DNA of 44,493 nucleotides from positions 1 through 44,493 of the IMG/VR virus record IMGVR_UViG_3300050016_000032; one strand, given 5' to 3'. Numbering within the stretch: the first letter of the stretch is position 1; every line of letters begins with the position of its first letter. Shown here one piece after another: positions 17,701 through 26,520 of this stretch. The notes under the pieces are model-generated. The model was not told the origin of the DNA and ran no database searches. It worked only from the letters and a program-made list of their open reading frames with translations. The position numbers were made by a program, and so were the translations under genes. Source of the DNA: a virus.

Positions 17701-17946
17701 ACGTGGTCGGCTTTGTTCCTCAACACCCGTGGCCTCTCCATCGGGACGACGTTTGACAAGGTTCGCACCATCCTTTTCAAGCGCAACAACAATGCGAACC
17801 TGTCGCCGACCGAACTCTTTTCGGGGGCCATGTACGGCAATCTGGACGATGCCACTACCCTCGACAGTATGCTATGCTGGGAAACAACCCGGCCGTCTCC
17901 GGCGAACATCATCGCCCTTGGCGGCTTCATCACGAGTGACAAATAA
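14725..17946 (+). CDS. Tail tubular protein B / nozzle (T7 gp12-like), enlarged
   Basis: 1073 aa. The N-terminus SFLGGEWSKSAQGRFDDPMYRKAMNVCLN...EGSTARRPGF follows the gp12 pattern. Position directly after the gp11-like gene. Confidence 0.7.
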   Translation: MGSASWAQTSFLGGEWSKSAQGRFDDPMYRKAMNVCLNTLPIVEGSTARRPGFRVGATTRGGLPAKLLPYTEATVDMELELSEGHARFFRDGKIYTNDQAVVTNISAANPGVITLANAVTWPDQSQVVVQFLDQTAAAAVPRLGNRIFLLDLITTSTFALRDAVTGMQVDCTSLGWSAGLNLQVNLVADVVTPYTGGAWANMNIVQSDKRALLVGPGQQPEVITTTSIDPVSFTDGPYLDPFPGSQVTPDALTGIVNLTLSFQPYDATVAYAPGEYVTSSSVGYISLVDLNLNNTPASSPTFWQVVAPGIVVNGGAGFGAGDAGRHVRLFSEPLLWVSATTYAIGDIVSFGGSYWTAIMSMTGTSPSVGTANPNQPGQLATTWAPNSSAAVWTWGKITNASVTTSIPGLANMAGTFFGTMTAYGGVAAPFSGAVSKAAGACAIGTADGSVGVNFASATAISSAKVYPSADEGFSVYVTQINLVTLNLRGKHTAPATPADGTLLGTSGSFLDTKTSKIIISTDLSTLWEYVWVEAVITYQGNPSYSQSVISYIQFFDANAGGSGTGFSVQIISAPLLYNSAIRTWRLGAYNNTDPAWPTCGCYHEGRFWLAGAIEGRFDASTSNNVGGDIGNVENVLDFSPTDDTGAVLDSSAISYTLNAKEAGQFVWMKSDLQGILVGTGKTELLIHASDNTNIITPTSIQAHPTTEYGTTNTNPLAAPLSSVFIHKSGKQIFEYFIAAYTRRPVGLEISTMSRHLTADTVKELAYTSRLNPTIWYRTAKNMLRAITYRRTDLMANSPPDFSAAHQHVHGNNAGIIGVCQARSVSGDKTDTLAIVAQDPITGVCTVEYMTDLPGEDLDVFHAQYLDGALVPAAVTSITGGIRFSGLHIYNGKTVTVYAAGLDLGDHVVASSVVDVLFVNADPDGILTQRYLTELQGLQLDYGDLGVPLDNGAPIPALVGFTYTSQGQVLRPIAPDATGSQSGPALGKLRRQATWSALFLNTRGLSIGTTFDKVRTILFKRNNNANLSPTELFSGAMYGNLDDATTLDSMLCWETTRPSPANIIALGGFITSDK

Positions 17947-18395
17947 TGTCCTTCGATTTCAAAAGCGCCTTCTCGGACTTGGGTGGTGCGGTCAGCGACA
18001 TCTTCGCCTCGCAGGGCGCGCAGGATAGCGCGGCGGCCTACGGCCAAGCGGCGGCACAGGCCGGGGTTGAGGCGACGATCGCAGGATACAGCGGTGAGGC
18101 GAAGACGGCTCTAGTGACGCGACAGGCATATGGCATCATCGGAAGCCAGAAGGCCGACGTGGCGGGCGCGGGCTTCACTGGCGGGGGCAGCGCGGGCGAC
18201 CTGGAACGGGACAGCACCATGCAGGCCAACATTGCTATCGGGGCAACCAAGATGCAGGGCGACTTGCAGGTTGAAGAATACAAGTCGCAGCAGCAGATGG
18301 ATTTGGCAAAGCAGCAAGAGGCGCAGCAACAGTCGAGCGGCGACATCTTTGGGGCGATCATCAAAGGTGTCGGGCTCATAGCTTCATTCTTCTAA
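17946..18395 (+). CDS. Internal virion protein (gp14-like position)
   Basis: ATAATG overlap. 149 aa, Ala/Gly/Gln-rich with a hydrophobic C-terminus. Confidence 0.5.
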   Translation: MSFDFKSAFSDLGGAVSDIFASQGAQDSAAAYGQAAAQAGVEATIAGYSGEAKTALVTRQAYGIIGSQKADVAGAGFTGGGSAGDLERDSTMQANIAIGATKMQGDLQVEEYKSQQQMDLAKQQEAQQQSSGDIFGAIIKGVGLIASFF

Positions 18396-18404
18396 GGAAC
18401 GAAC

Positions 18405-20639
18405 ATGGCTGGCGGGAACATCAAAGAATACGAACCTTCGTCGAACGAGGTTGAGTTCAACCCGACCGGCCGCACATCTGCGTTCACCGCGGAGGCTGCG
18501 TCGAGCGCGGCATCGGCCGGCCGTGAACTTGGCAACACGATCGGCGATGCAATCGCAGGGCTCGGTCAACCCGCCGAGGACATCTATAACAAAGCGGTCG
18601 TGCGCCCGGATCTGAACGACCTTGCCCTGAAGGCGTCCACGGTTCTCGCACAAGGCACACAGAGTTGGTCCAACTTCGTGCGCACGGATACCGGCCCTGC
18701 GGCCACGCAAGCGGCGCGTTGGCAGCAGGATCAACTGGAGCCGATGCTGCAAGGGCTGACCGACAGCGCCAAGACCGACAAGGGCCGTGAGTACGCGGAC
18801 AAAGTTACTGACAGTTTCCGCCAGCACTTCACCATGTCGAACCTTGCCGACAGTGCAGCGATGTCCGCGGACCGGATGAGTGCGGATCAGTCAGCCACGC
18901 TGAATAATAATGTGACCACGCTCCAGAATGATCCGACTAAGTGGGGCATTGTAAAAGATAGTTTCGATTTGGCGTATGAGACAGCCAAAGCCAAATCAGG
19001 GATCGACCCGAAGATGGTCGGCCGGCTCGACGAGCAGCACGACACGCACACCGGCATTCTCGCTGCCGCCGCGCTCATGGGCTTGGCCCAACAGCACCCC
19101 CAACAGTTTCAGGAAGACCTTCAGAACGGTGTCTTCGACAAGACGTTCGGACAATACCTCGGGCGGTCCACGGCCACTGGCGATACGCTCAAGGACAGTC
19201 TGATGAAAGCGGCTGGCTTTTATCTGCGGGCCGACCACACGGCACAGACCGAAGCCGACAAACAGTTTACCAAGGCCAGCCAGGACAAAGCATGGAACTA
19301 CGAACTCGGCACGCTCGACCCGGACACGGGCGCGCGTAAGCCGGGTCTTGATATTGGCAAGACGGTGACGCAGATCACTAACGACCCGGACATGCGGGCC
19401 GAGGACAAGGTGAACGCGATCAAGCGCATCATCAGCACCAAGCCCCCGGCCGAGATCAGCACTGCCGGTTATCAGCACTCCTTGCTTGTGCGCATCGGTA
19501 CGGACAATCCGCCAACCGAGCAGGAGGTGCGCAACTCGATCAACAATCCGTCTGGTGGTCCGACGCTGACGCAATCGGCCGCTGCCGTCGTTATTGGTCA
19601 ACTCGAGTTGAAAAAGTCCAACCCCGCGTTGGCGAAGACACAGGAAGAAGCCCGCGCGGCAGCGCGTGCGGTTTACAACACTCCGTCCTCGGCCGCAGCA
19701 CCCGACGCAGCCGCCATTCAGAAAACAGCGTCGTACAAGTCGTGGTTCGACAACGCCTATCAGGCGCAGGTCAATGCGGGCAAGCCGCCGATGGACTTGC
19801 TCGATCCGAACAGCAAGGACTACCTGCCGAAGCAGTGGCCCGGGTTCAATGCGGCCACGGATGGCAAACTGTTTCCGCTCACCGATGCGGAGACGAAGGC
19901 CCAGTACGGCGAAGCGCCGGCTGGCAGTTCCAGTTTCGTGCAAGGTCTTTTCCACTCCGGCCCTAGCGCACAGGATGTCGTCAATTGGGCCAAATCATTT
20001 TTCCATCAAAATGGTGGTCCACCTCCCAAGGCCCCGCCATTGCCAGCGGCACCCGGGGCGTCCGATACTGACAGGATAACAAACGGCCTGTCGATGAACG
20101 ACACCGGGGCCGCGCTCGATGCAGCCAAACTCGGTCAGATAGAAGTCGCTGGCGGCGTGACCATGAAGGCGGTCTTTGCCAATCCCCATGTGCCGCCCGC
20201 TGGCCCTGCCGCTGATCGGCAGAACTACGCGCTCGGTGTCTTCACCAATGCCGGGTACTCGCAAGCGCAGGCAGCGGGCATCGTTGGCAACCTGATTGCA
20301 GAGAGCGGTTCGCACCTTGATCCGACCGCAGTTAACCCGACGAGCAAGATGCGTGGCATCGCGCAGTGGGACACGCATCGCGACATGCTGTTCCAGCGCA
20401 TGTACGGCCACACGGTCACCGCAGGCACGTTCGACGAACAACTTCAGTTCGTGGCGTGGGAGTTGAACAACACCGAGAAGGGCGCGGGTGACGCGCTCAA
20501 GGAAGCCACCACGGCGCAGGACGCAGCGAGCATTGTGGAGCGCCTGTATGAGCGGGCCAATGGAGAAGGGCGGCATGCCCGCATCGCCAACGCCATGTCG
20601 GTTTACGCGCGCTCACAGGGTGGTGGCCTGAATGTCTGA
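18405..20639 (+). CDS. Internal virion protein with C-terminal phage tail lysozyme (peptidoglycan hydrolase) domain
   Basis: C-terminal motifs AAGIVGNLIAESG ... GIAQWDTHR ... QLQFVAWELNN ... IVERLYERA match the Phage_lysozyme2-type domain. Confidence 0.8.
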   Translation: MAGGNIKEYEPSSNEVEFNPTGRTSAFTAEAASSAASAGRELGNTIGDAIAGLGQPAEDIYNKAVVRPDLNDLALKASTVLAQGTQSWSNFVRTDTGPAATQAARWQQDQLEPMLQGLTDSAKTDKGREYADKVTDSFRQHFTMSNLADSAAMSADRMSADQSATLNNNVTTLQNDPTKWGIVKDSFDLAYETAKAKSGIDPKMVGRLDEQHDTHTGILAAAALMGLAQQHPQQFQEDLQNGVFDKTFGQYLGRSTATGDTLKDSLMKAAGFYLRADHTAQTEADKQFTKASQDKAWNYELGTLDPDTGARKPGLDIGKTVTQITNDPDMRAEDKVNAIKRIISTKPPAEISTAGYQHSLLVRIGTDNPPTEQEVRNSINNPSGGPTLTQSAAAVVIGQLELKKSNPALAKTQEEARAAARAVYNTPSSAAAPDAAAIQKTASYKSWFDNAYQAQVNAGKPPMDLLDPNSKDYLPKQWPGFNAATDGKLFPLTDAETKAQYGEAPAGSSSFVQGLFHSGPSAQDVVNWAKSFFHQNGGPPPKAPPLPAAPGASDTDRITNGLSMNDTGAALDAAKLGQIEVAGGVTMKAVFANPHVPPAGPAADRQNYALGVFTNAGYSQAQAAGIVGNLIAESGSHLDPTAVNPTSKMRGIAQWDTHRDMLFQRMYGHTVTAGTFDEQLQFVAWELNNTEKGAGDALKEATTAQDAASIVERLYERANGEGRHARIANAMSVYARSQGGGLNV

Positions 20640-23600
20640 TACCTCCAACGCGGATGGTCTACCCGGGCCAGCCATCAATGAGCCTGTAGCCACCCCGCAG
20701 AAGGTTCCCGGCTACAACATCGAAGGGGGCGGCATCGCCATCGGTGTTGGGCAAGACATCCCACTACCAGATGCCAAAACTCCGCCGCCAGTTACGCCCG
20801 TCGGGGGCGCCGTGCAGGCTCCGACAATCGTTGACGACCTCAATCCGGTTGGCAGTGCTGAAGCGGCCGAGCCGTCTATCTTTGACAACCCTGTGGTCAA
20901 GGCGATGGTGGCTGTGCGCGTCAACGGCAAGACGTGGGGCGACCCGGGTTCGACTGATCCGAATACGATCAATGGCCGACTGAATGCAAACATCCAATCG
21001 CTCCGCAACGATGGCCGCACCCAGGATCAGATTGACCAGGCTATGGGCTTCAAGTCCGGCGACCTGGCCGCGGTCGAGACATTGATTGACGCGCACGCCG
21101 CCAAGGCTGCGGAGAGTGGACCAGCACCGGCACCCGACGACCAGCAGGGCTGGTTCAATCACATCGTCCGTTCCTTTGCGGGTGGCGCACAAGAGACTGG
21201 CATTGACCAATCGCTCGCTGCGGCGGGCTATCCGATGCCCGACCTGACCGTGGCGGACCAGAGTTGGGCCGACCGCGTGGCGGGTATGCTCGGCATGCAG
21301 TCGGAGAGCATTGCCGCGATGGGGAGCGGAGCCGCGATCGGTGCGGCAATGGGTTCGGAAATCCCGGTCATTGGCAACGCCGTAGGCGCGGTGGCCGGTG
21401 GCCTCATCGGCTACTGGCTCGACGACAATTTCCGCCGCACTGTGACCGAAACACGCAAGCAGGGAAACATTTCGGTCGAAGATATGGCGACGAACATGGC
21501 TGTGCGGGCTTGGGAAGCCACCAAGAGTACGGCGACGGTAGGTGCCGCTATGCTGGTGGGCGGGCCTGCTGGTGGCCTCGCGGCCAAAGCAGGGCTCGGC
21601 GCAGTCGGTTCCAAGGTGGTTGCCGGCACAGCCGAGCTGATGGCGATGGCGGGCGCCGCCAAGGTCTTCGGACAGAATATGGGCACGGGGCAGGACTGGC
21701 TCGACCAGGCTGTGACGCTGGCCCTGCTGCACACGACCGGCGTTCCCGCCAAGGCCAAGGAACTCACGATGTCTTCGATCAAGACAGCGCACGACTTCCT
21801 CGCTGATAACAAAGCTGCGACCAATGAAGACCCGGCTGACTTCGTGGCTCGTGCGCAGGCTGCGGCTAAGGCGGCAGGTAAGCCAGTCCCGATCGACCCC
21901 ATCAAACCACCGGAAGCGCCCCGCACGATACCGGACATCAAGAAGATCATTCCGCCAAAGCCCGAAGACGCCAGCTCGAGCCTTGAGGACGACCTGCACG
22001 GATTGACCACGCGGGGCGAAGCCGACCGCATTCAGATGATGCAATACCTTGCCGCGCTGCCTGACACTGTGAGCCAGCCGCCAGCCGAGGGTGGCTATCA
22101 GTCGTTCGACGAGAAAGCCTACAATCACATCGAGCGCCCGGATGCGGTGCCGCTCGATCCAACCGAACAGAAACTCTACGACCAGACCATCCAGCCCTTG
22201 CGCGACGTGCATGCGGAACTTTATCAGCGCGCGAAGGGTATCCTCAACGGCGTCGAGCAGGCGCAACTTGACCCGAACTATGTGCCGCGTCTGGCCCAAG
22301 GAAAGAACTTCGAACAGGACCGACTGGCCGGTGGGCAGGAAGCCATCCCGTTCATGGGCGGTCAGGGCAAACTCAGCCAGACGACCGGGGCACTGCGCAC
22401 GCCGACGTTCCACACCATCGTCGATCAGGATGGCAACCGTGACGTGGTCAGCGAAGGCAAGCGCGGTGGCCTGATCGTTTATCACATGGGCGAAAAACCC
22501 AAGCCGGTCAACGGCCAGATCACAGACCCGAAGGCGGAAGACCCGGAAGCCAGGGCGGACTTGCGCGCGGGCATGCAGTTCACCGATGATACGGGCGTCG
22601 AGTGGCGGGTCACGCGGTCGAACACGAAAGAGATCGAGGACAATACCTCGACCAAATACCACAAGTCGGCCGTGGGCAACCTCGCTGACAGCATTCTCAA
22701 ACTCAACCGCGTCATCCGAAACAAGGAACTCGCGGACAAGGTGACGAGCAGCCCCGAGTGGCTCGACCACGCGACGGAGGCAGGCGGCAACCAAGGTGCC
22801 GAGGCACTGGCCGCAGGATGGAAGGAAGTTCACATTCCCGGCTACGAGGGCTGGCTGATCGACCCCGAGACACGCGAGAAACTGGAGGACTTCGTGAGCG
22901 GTGGTCCGCAACTGCTGGGCGACCGCACTTGGGCCATAAACAAGATCGCGGTGGGTTCTCTGTTCTCCACTCCGTTCGGCCTGCTCGCCCACGCCAAGAA
23001 CCTCGTTAGCATGGCTTTGATCGGACGCGGGTTCGACAATGCCAACGTGGCGCGTGGCTGGCGCACCGGCATGAAGGCGATCAACGACGTTTACAATCTC
23101 AGCCCCGACTATGTTGCCACGCTCAAGGCCAAGGGGTCGCTGATCTCCAGCGGCATCGGCAAGGGCAGCATGACCGAGTTCCTGATGAACAAGTTCGGGC
23201 AGGACATCCCGAAAGACCCGAACCACTTCGGCCCCATCGTCAAGGCGCTCGGGCTGAACGGTCCCGCCGACCTGGCCTCGAACTACATGAAATGGATGTC
23301 GAAGGAACTGTTCCAGGTCGGCGACGTGCTCTACATGCAGCGCGTCAATGAACTGATGGAGAAAGGTTTGTCGCGCGAGGACGCGATCAACGAGACGGAA
23401 AAGTACCTGCCCACCTATCGTTCCTACTCACGCACGCTCGGGAGCCGCTTCATTTCCAAGGCGCTCTATGGTTCGAACACCACTTCATTCGGCCGGTTCG
23501 ACGCGGGCAAGATCAAGGCCATCGCCAACATGGTGACATCGCTCAAGGAAGGACTTCAGGACCAGAACCCCGTGGCCGTGAAGGACGCGCTCGGGCGCTT

Positions 23601-24093
23601 CGTCGTCATGGGCCTCATGGTTACGATGGTGGCGCCGATCATCAACGCCGTCGTGCAGAAGGCGACGGGCAACCCGAACGCCACCTTCGGCCTCGGTGGC
23701 ACGGCCAAGATGGTGCAGGACGCAGTGGACTACGCCAAGGAACCAAGCGCCGACGCTTTTCTGAAGTTGGTCGGAAACCAATGGATACCCGCGATCGGAA
23801 CCAAGGAAGCCGTGCAGCAGTTCCCCGAAGTCAACACCGATTTCTTTACTGGCAATCGCATCCGTGAAGGCGACACCAGGCAACAGATACTGGAGAGCGG
23901 GGAGCATGCGGCACAGGGCATGGTCAGCCCCGAGGCGGGCGCGGCCAAGGACTTTGGCAAGTTCATCCGTCAAGGCTTGGGCATACGGGACAACAACCCA
24001 TACAACCCGAGCCGCCAGCAGCTTCGGGAAATCCAGAAACGCTGGTCGAAAGACACTTCGCTCATCCCGAAGATCGAGGCTTGGTTCCATTGA
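20632..24093 (+). CDS. Large internal virion / DNA-ejection protein (gp16-like position)
   Basis: 1153 aa. Gly/Ala-rich membrane-like segments (GAAIGAAMGSEIPVIGNAVGAVAGGLIGYWL). Last of three post-nozzle genes. Confidence 0.6.
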   Translation: MSDTSNADGLPGPAINEPVATPQKVPGYNIEGGGIAIGVGQDIPLPDAKTPPPVTPVGGAVQAPTIVDDLNPVGSAEAAEPSIFDNPVVKAMVAVRVNGKTWGDPGSTDPNTINGRLNANIQSLRNDGRTQDQIDQAMGFKSGDLAAVETLIDAHAAKAAESGPAPAPDDQQGWFNHIVRSFAGGAQETGIDQSLAAAGYPMPDLTVADQSWADRVAGMLGMQSESIAAMGSGAAIGAAMGSEIPVIGNAVGAVAGGLIGYWLDDNFRRTVTETRKQGNISVEDMATNMAVRAWEATKSTATVGAAMLVGGPAGGLAAKAGLGAVGSKVVAGTAELMAMAGAAKVFGQNMGTGQDWLDQAVTLALLHTTGVPAKAKELTMSSIKTAHDFLADNKAATNEDPADFVARAQAAAKAAGKPVPIDPIKPPEAPRTIPDIKKIIPPKPEDASSSLEDDLHGLTTRGEADRIQMMQYLAALPDTVSQPPAEGGYQSFDEKAYNHIERPDAVPLDPTEQKLYDQTIQPLRDVHAELYQRAKGILNGVEQAQLDPNYVPRLAQGKNFEQDRLAGGQEAIPFMGGQGKLSQTTGALRTPTFHTIVDQDGNRDVVSEGKRGGLIVYHMGEKPKPVNGQITDPKAEDPEARADLRAGMQFTDDTGVEWRVTRSNTKEIEDNTSTKYHKSAVGNLADSILKLNRVIRNKELADKVTSSPEWLDHATEAGGNQGAEALAAGWKEVHIPGYEGWLIDPETREKLEDFVSGGPQLLGDRTWAINKIAVGSLFSTPFGLLAHAKNLVSMALIGRGFDNANVARGWRTGMKAINDVYNLSPDYVATLKAKGSLISSGIGKGSMTEFLMNKFGQDIPKDPNHFGPIVKALGLNGPADLASNYMKWMSKELFQVGDVLYMQRVNELMEKGLSREDAINETEKYLPTYRSYSRTLGSRFISKALYGSNTTSFGRFDAGKIKAIANMVTSLKEGLQDQNPVAVKDALGRFVVMGLMVTMVAPIINAVVQKATGNPNATFGLGGTAKMVQDAVDYAKEPSADAFLKLVGNQWIPAIGTKEAVQQFPEVNTDFFTGNRIREGDTRQQILESGEHAAQGMVSPEAGAAKDFGKFIRQGLGIRDNNPYNPSRQQLREIQKRWSKDTSLIPKIEAWFH

Positions 24094-24118
24094 CAGCCAA
24101 AGCCTAAGCGACTACCCT
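24090..24118 (+). promoter_or_regulatory. Sigma70-type promoter upstream of the tail fibre gene
   Basis: TTGACA (24090-24095, overlapping the upstream stop), 17-nt spacer, TACCCT (24113-24118). Confidence 0.45.
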
Positions 24119-24123
24119 TTGAA

Positions 24124-24148
24124 GACGGCCCCCGTACTGGATAAGGCC
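24124..24148 (+). promoter_or_regulatory. Conserved late box, copy 2: GACGGCCCCCGTacTGGATAAGgcc
   Basis: 20/22 identity to 7789-7810. It starts 5 nt after the -10 and ends about 29 nt before the ATG at 24175. Confidence 0.55.
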
Positions 24149-24174
24149 AAGGTTCCTATCCAGGATTGACGGCA

Positions 24175-25257
24175 ATGCCTGAAGCAACAACCAGTGGATT
24201 GGTCGATCAAGCGACGGCGGCGACAGCCATCACGCAGGCCCAGTGGGCCGCTGCGGGGGGTGCAGCAGACGCGATCACCGCCGCCTACCCAATCCCCAAC
24301 ACTGCGCTTACAGACGGCCTCATACTCGGTTTCCGGGCCTCCGCGGCCAACGCTACGGCGACCCCGACATTCTCCCCCGATGGCCTCACCGCTCACACGA
24401 TCACAGACGACGGCGGAACCGCGCTTACCCCGGGCGTAATCGCGGGCGCGAACGCTGAATACCTGGTTCGGTACAACCTTGCCAATACCCGGTGGGAATT
24501 GCTCAACCCTAACGATGTCTCACAGATCCCGTGGGTGATCGCTGGCGGCACCGGGGACGCCATCACGGCTACCTATGCCCCGGTCGTTCTAAGCCTCACT
24601 GACGGGCTTATGCTGGCCTTCCGGGCATCCGCCGCCAACACCCTGACCAACCCCACCTTCGCCCCCAACGGGCTCACGGCGCACGCCATTACGAAGAAGG
24701 GTGGCACAGCCCTTGCGGCCGGCGACATCCCCGCTGCCGGGGCGGAAGTTCTGGTTCGATACAATCTCGCCAACACGCGGTGGGAAACCGCTGCGGCCAC
24801 GCCAAGCCTGCGTCAGATCTTTGCCGTTGTCGGTGGCACCGGCACCAACGTCAACACCGCACAAGCATGGTTTCCCGGGGTCGCCGTCGCTCTTGGCGTT
24901 GGAACGTACACCCTCGACGGCTTCCTGTTTCTCAGTCGCGCAGCGGGCTCGACCTCGCACACCACGGCGCTCCTGTTCGGCGGCACGGCCACCGTTGGAG
25001 TGATCGGCTATGTGGTGCAGGCGTCCACCGCCGACGCTCTTGCCCTTGTTGCGGCAAACACATTCTTTGGATCATCTGCGGCCGCGCTTGTGGTCAAGGC
25101 GGCTTCGACCAGCACGACGGAACAGGCTTGGTTCAAGGTGGGAGGCATCGTGGTTATCGGTACAGCCGGGACGTTCATCCCACAGTTCATCTACTCGGCC
25201 GCGCCCGGTGGCGCACCCACGATCACTGCCGGCTTCGAACTCGTGAATGTGGGGTAA
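24175..25257 (+). CDS. Tail fibre protein with a tandemly duplicated ~95-aa N-terminal module
   Basis: ORF 24166..25257 trimmed to the ATG at 24175. Two copies of GG..DAITA.Y......LTDGL.L.FRASAAN....PTF.P.GLTAH.IT..GGTAL..G.I......L.RYNLANTRWE, a module common in phage fibres. Confidence 0.7.
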   Translation: MPEATTSGLVDQATAATAITQAQWAAAGGAADAITAAYPIPNTALTDGLILGFRASAANATATPTFSPDGLTAHTITDDGGTALTPGVIAGANAEYLVRYNLANTRWELLNPNDVSQIPWVIAGGTGDAITATYAPVVLSLTDGLMLAFRASAANTLTNPTFAPNGLTAHAITKKGGTALAAGDIPAAGAEVLVRYNLANTRWETAAATPSLRQIFAVVGGTGTNVNTAQAWFPGVAVALGVGTYTLDGFLFLSRAAGSTSHTTALLFGGTATVGVIGYVVQASTADALALVAANTFFGSSAAALVVKAASTSTTEQAWFKVGGIVVIGTAGTFIPQFIYSAAPGGAPTITAGFELVNVG

Positions 25258-25651
25258 GACATTGGCGATCCATCTTCCGCAACCCATGCAGGCCAGCATC
25301 GACGTAGGGATCGTCGCCGTCATCCTTGGGACATTGGGCGGCGTGGTCCCCGCCGTCGCCGCCGTACTCGGCCTGCTCTACTATGCCATCCAGGTATGGG
25401 AGAGCGCCACGGTGAAAGAATGGGTGCGCTCTTATCGCCAACGGCATGCGGCACGAAGGCTGCGCAAGCTAGCGGCCAAGCAGAAAGTGCTTCAGGCGTC
25501 GATTGCCGCGGCCGAACTCGTCCGTCAGGCTACCGCAGTGGCGGCGGTGGTGATCGAGAACGCTAAGGCTGAGGCGACGATTGCTGCGCAAGCGCCCGTT
25601 CCGCCTCTATCTCTGTCTGAAGCAGCGCCAAAGCCCGCCAAGCAACTTTAG
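25247..25651 (+). CDS. Membrane protein, holin/i-spanin-like, two possible starts (25247, 25286)
   Basis: Hydrophobic IDVGIVAVILGTLGGVVPAVAAVLGLLYYAI, then a charged helical tail. Last gene of the + block. No clear SD at either ATG. Confidence 0.5.
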   Translation: MWGKTLAIHLPQPMQASIDVGIVAVILGTLGGVVPAVAAVLGLLYYAIQVWESATVKEWVRSYRQRHAARRLRKLAAKQKVLQASIAAAELVRQATAVAAVVIENAKAEATIAAQAPVPPLSLSEAAPKPAKQL

Positions 25652-25886
25652 CACTATGCCTGATCCCATCTGTGTCCAGAGTGCCGCGCTCGATCAGATG
25701 ACGCGCGATGCAGTCGGCATGGTCGGTGGACTTCTCCCGCGCCCAATGCAACGGCTGACCCGGGTTGTGTTGCTCGTTGCCGATGCGTGAAGTCTCGGCC
25801 ACCGCAGCGATCGCATCGGGGAAGTAGTCTAGAACACCTGTGGTGATCGGCGTGGCCTTACGCTGGGCTGCGTCTGCGGTGAGCAT
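25563..25886 (-). CDS. DUF5664-like protein (dATP/dGTP diphosphohydrolase N-terminal-domain-like)
   Basis: Strong SD GGAGGAAG. The pattern LDYFPDAIAAVAETSRIGNEQHNPGQPLHW...HADCIARHL...D.DG..HSAKVAWRALALLQ resembles that domain family. This is recalled, not searched. Confidence 0.5.
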   Translation of the reverse strand: MLTADAAQRKATPITTGVLDYFPDAIAAVAETSRIGNEQHNPGQPLHWAREKSTDHADCIARHLIERGTLDTDGIRHSAKVAWRALALLQTEIEAERALAQQSSPQP

Positions 25887-26202
25887 CAGTCTTCCTCCAG
25901 TTGACGAGTTGTTCGTCGTCTAGGCGTGAGCCTTGGTGAATGCAGAGCGGGTCGTCCTCGATCCACACGTCGATCTTGATGCCACGTTCTTTTATCACGT
26001 CAGCCTTTGGCCGGCCATCGCAATAGACGATGCCGGCGCCGAGGCGTTCGAGGTGGGTTTCCAGGGCCAAGCGATCGTGGACAGCGTGGCGCAGCGTGAC
26101 GATCAGAACCTTGTAGCCGTGGGCCTTGCAGTTGTGCAGGAACAAGTCCCAAAAGGCCGGGTGCAGTGTGTAGGTGCCATCGAAGTCGAGCGCGATCTTC
26201 AT
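25858..26202 (-). CDS. HAD-superfamily phosphatase (deoxyribonucleotidase-like)
   Basis: ORF trimmed to the ATG at 26202 (SD GGGAGA). HAD motifs are DFDGT (I), IVTLR (II), RPK (III) and IEDD (IV). Confidence 0.7.
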   Translation of the reverse strand: MKIALDFDGTYTLHPAFWDLFLHNCKAHGYKVLIVTLRHAVHDRLALETHLERLGAGIVYCDGRPKADVIKERGIKIDVWIEDDPLCIHQGSRLDDEQLVNWRKTDAHRRRSPA

Positions 26203-26519
26203 GGGCCAATCTCCCGGTACTCGACGGTCTTGCCCGCCTTTGTAGCCGCCGCGATACCGTAGGCCATGCCGCGGGAAATTCCCCGATCCACATAGACCAC
26301 AGTTCCATCGGACACATGCCGCCACGCAAGACCCGCGTCAATGCCCCACTGGCGTTCTTCGGGCACTTCGTCCCGCAGCACCCCGGGCTGCGTGTAGAGA
26401 AGGTGTGACGCTATCGGTGCCTCCCCACGCGCAAGGCTGTCCCGCACCGCACGGCGAGCGTATTCAGTGTTGGCCTCGATGTCGCCCGCATACGGGCTTT
26501 CTACGATGACGAGTTTCAT
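26199..26519 (-). CDS. Nucleoside 2-deoxyribosyltransferase-like (DUF4406-like) small Rossmann protein
   Basis: ORF trimmed to the ATG at 26519 (SD GGAAGGG). The pattern KLVIVESPYAG...YARRAVRDSLARGEAPIASHLLY...VVYVDRGISRGM fits that fold family. Assignment tentative. Confidence 0.5.
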   Translation of the reverse strand: MKLVIVESPYAGDIEANTEYARRAVRDSLARGEAPIASHLLYTQPGVLRDEVPEERQWGIDAGLAWRHVSDGTVVYVDRGISRGMAYGIAAATKAGKTVEYREIGP

Positions 26520-26520
26520 A

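Noticed and set aside
20764-23226. 820-aa minus-strand ORF inside the 1153-aa ejection protein gene
   Set aside because: Same shadow-frame effect in GC-rich coding DNA. The translation is Arg/Gly-rich and low in information, with no start context.
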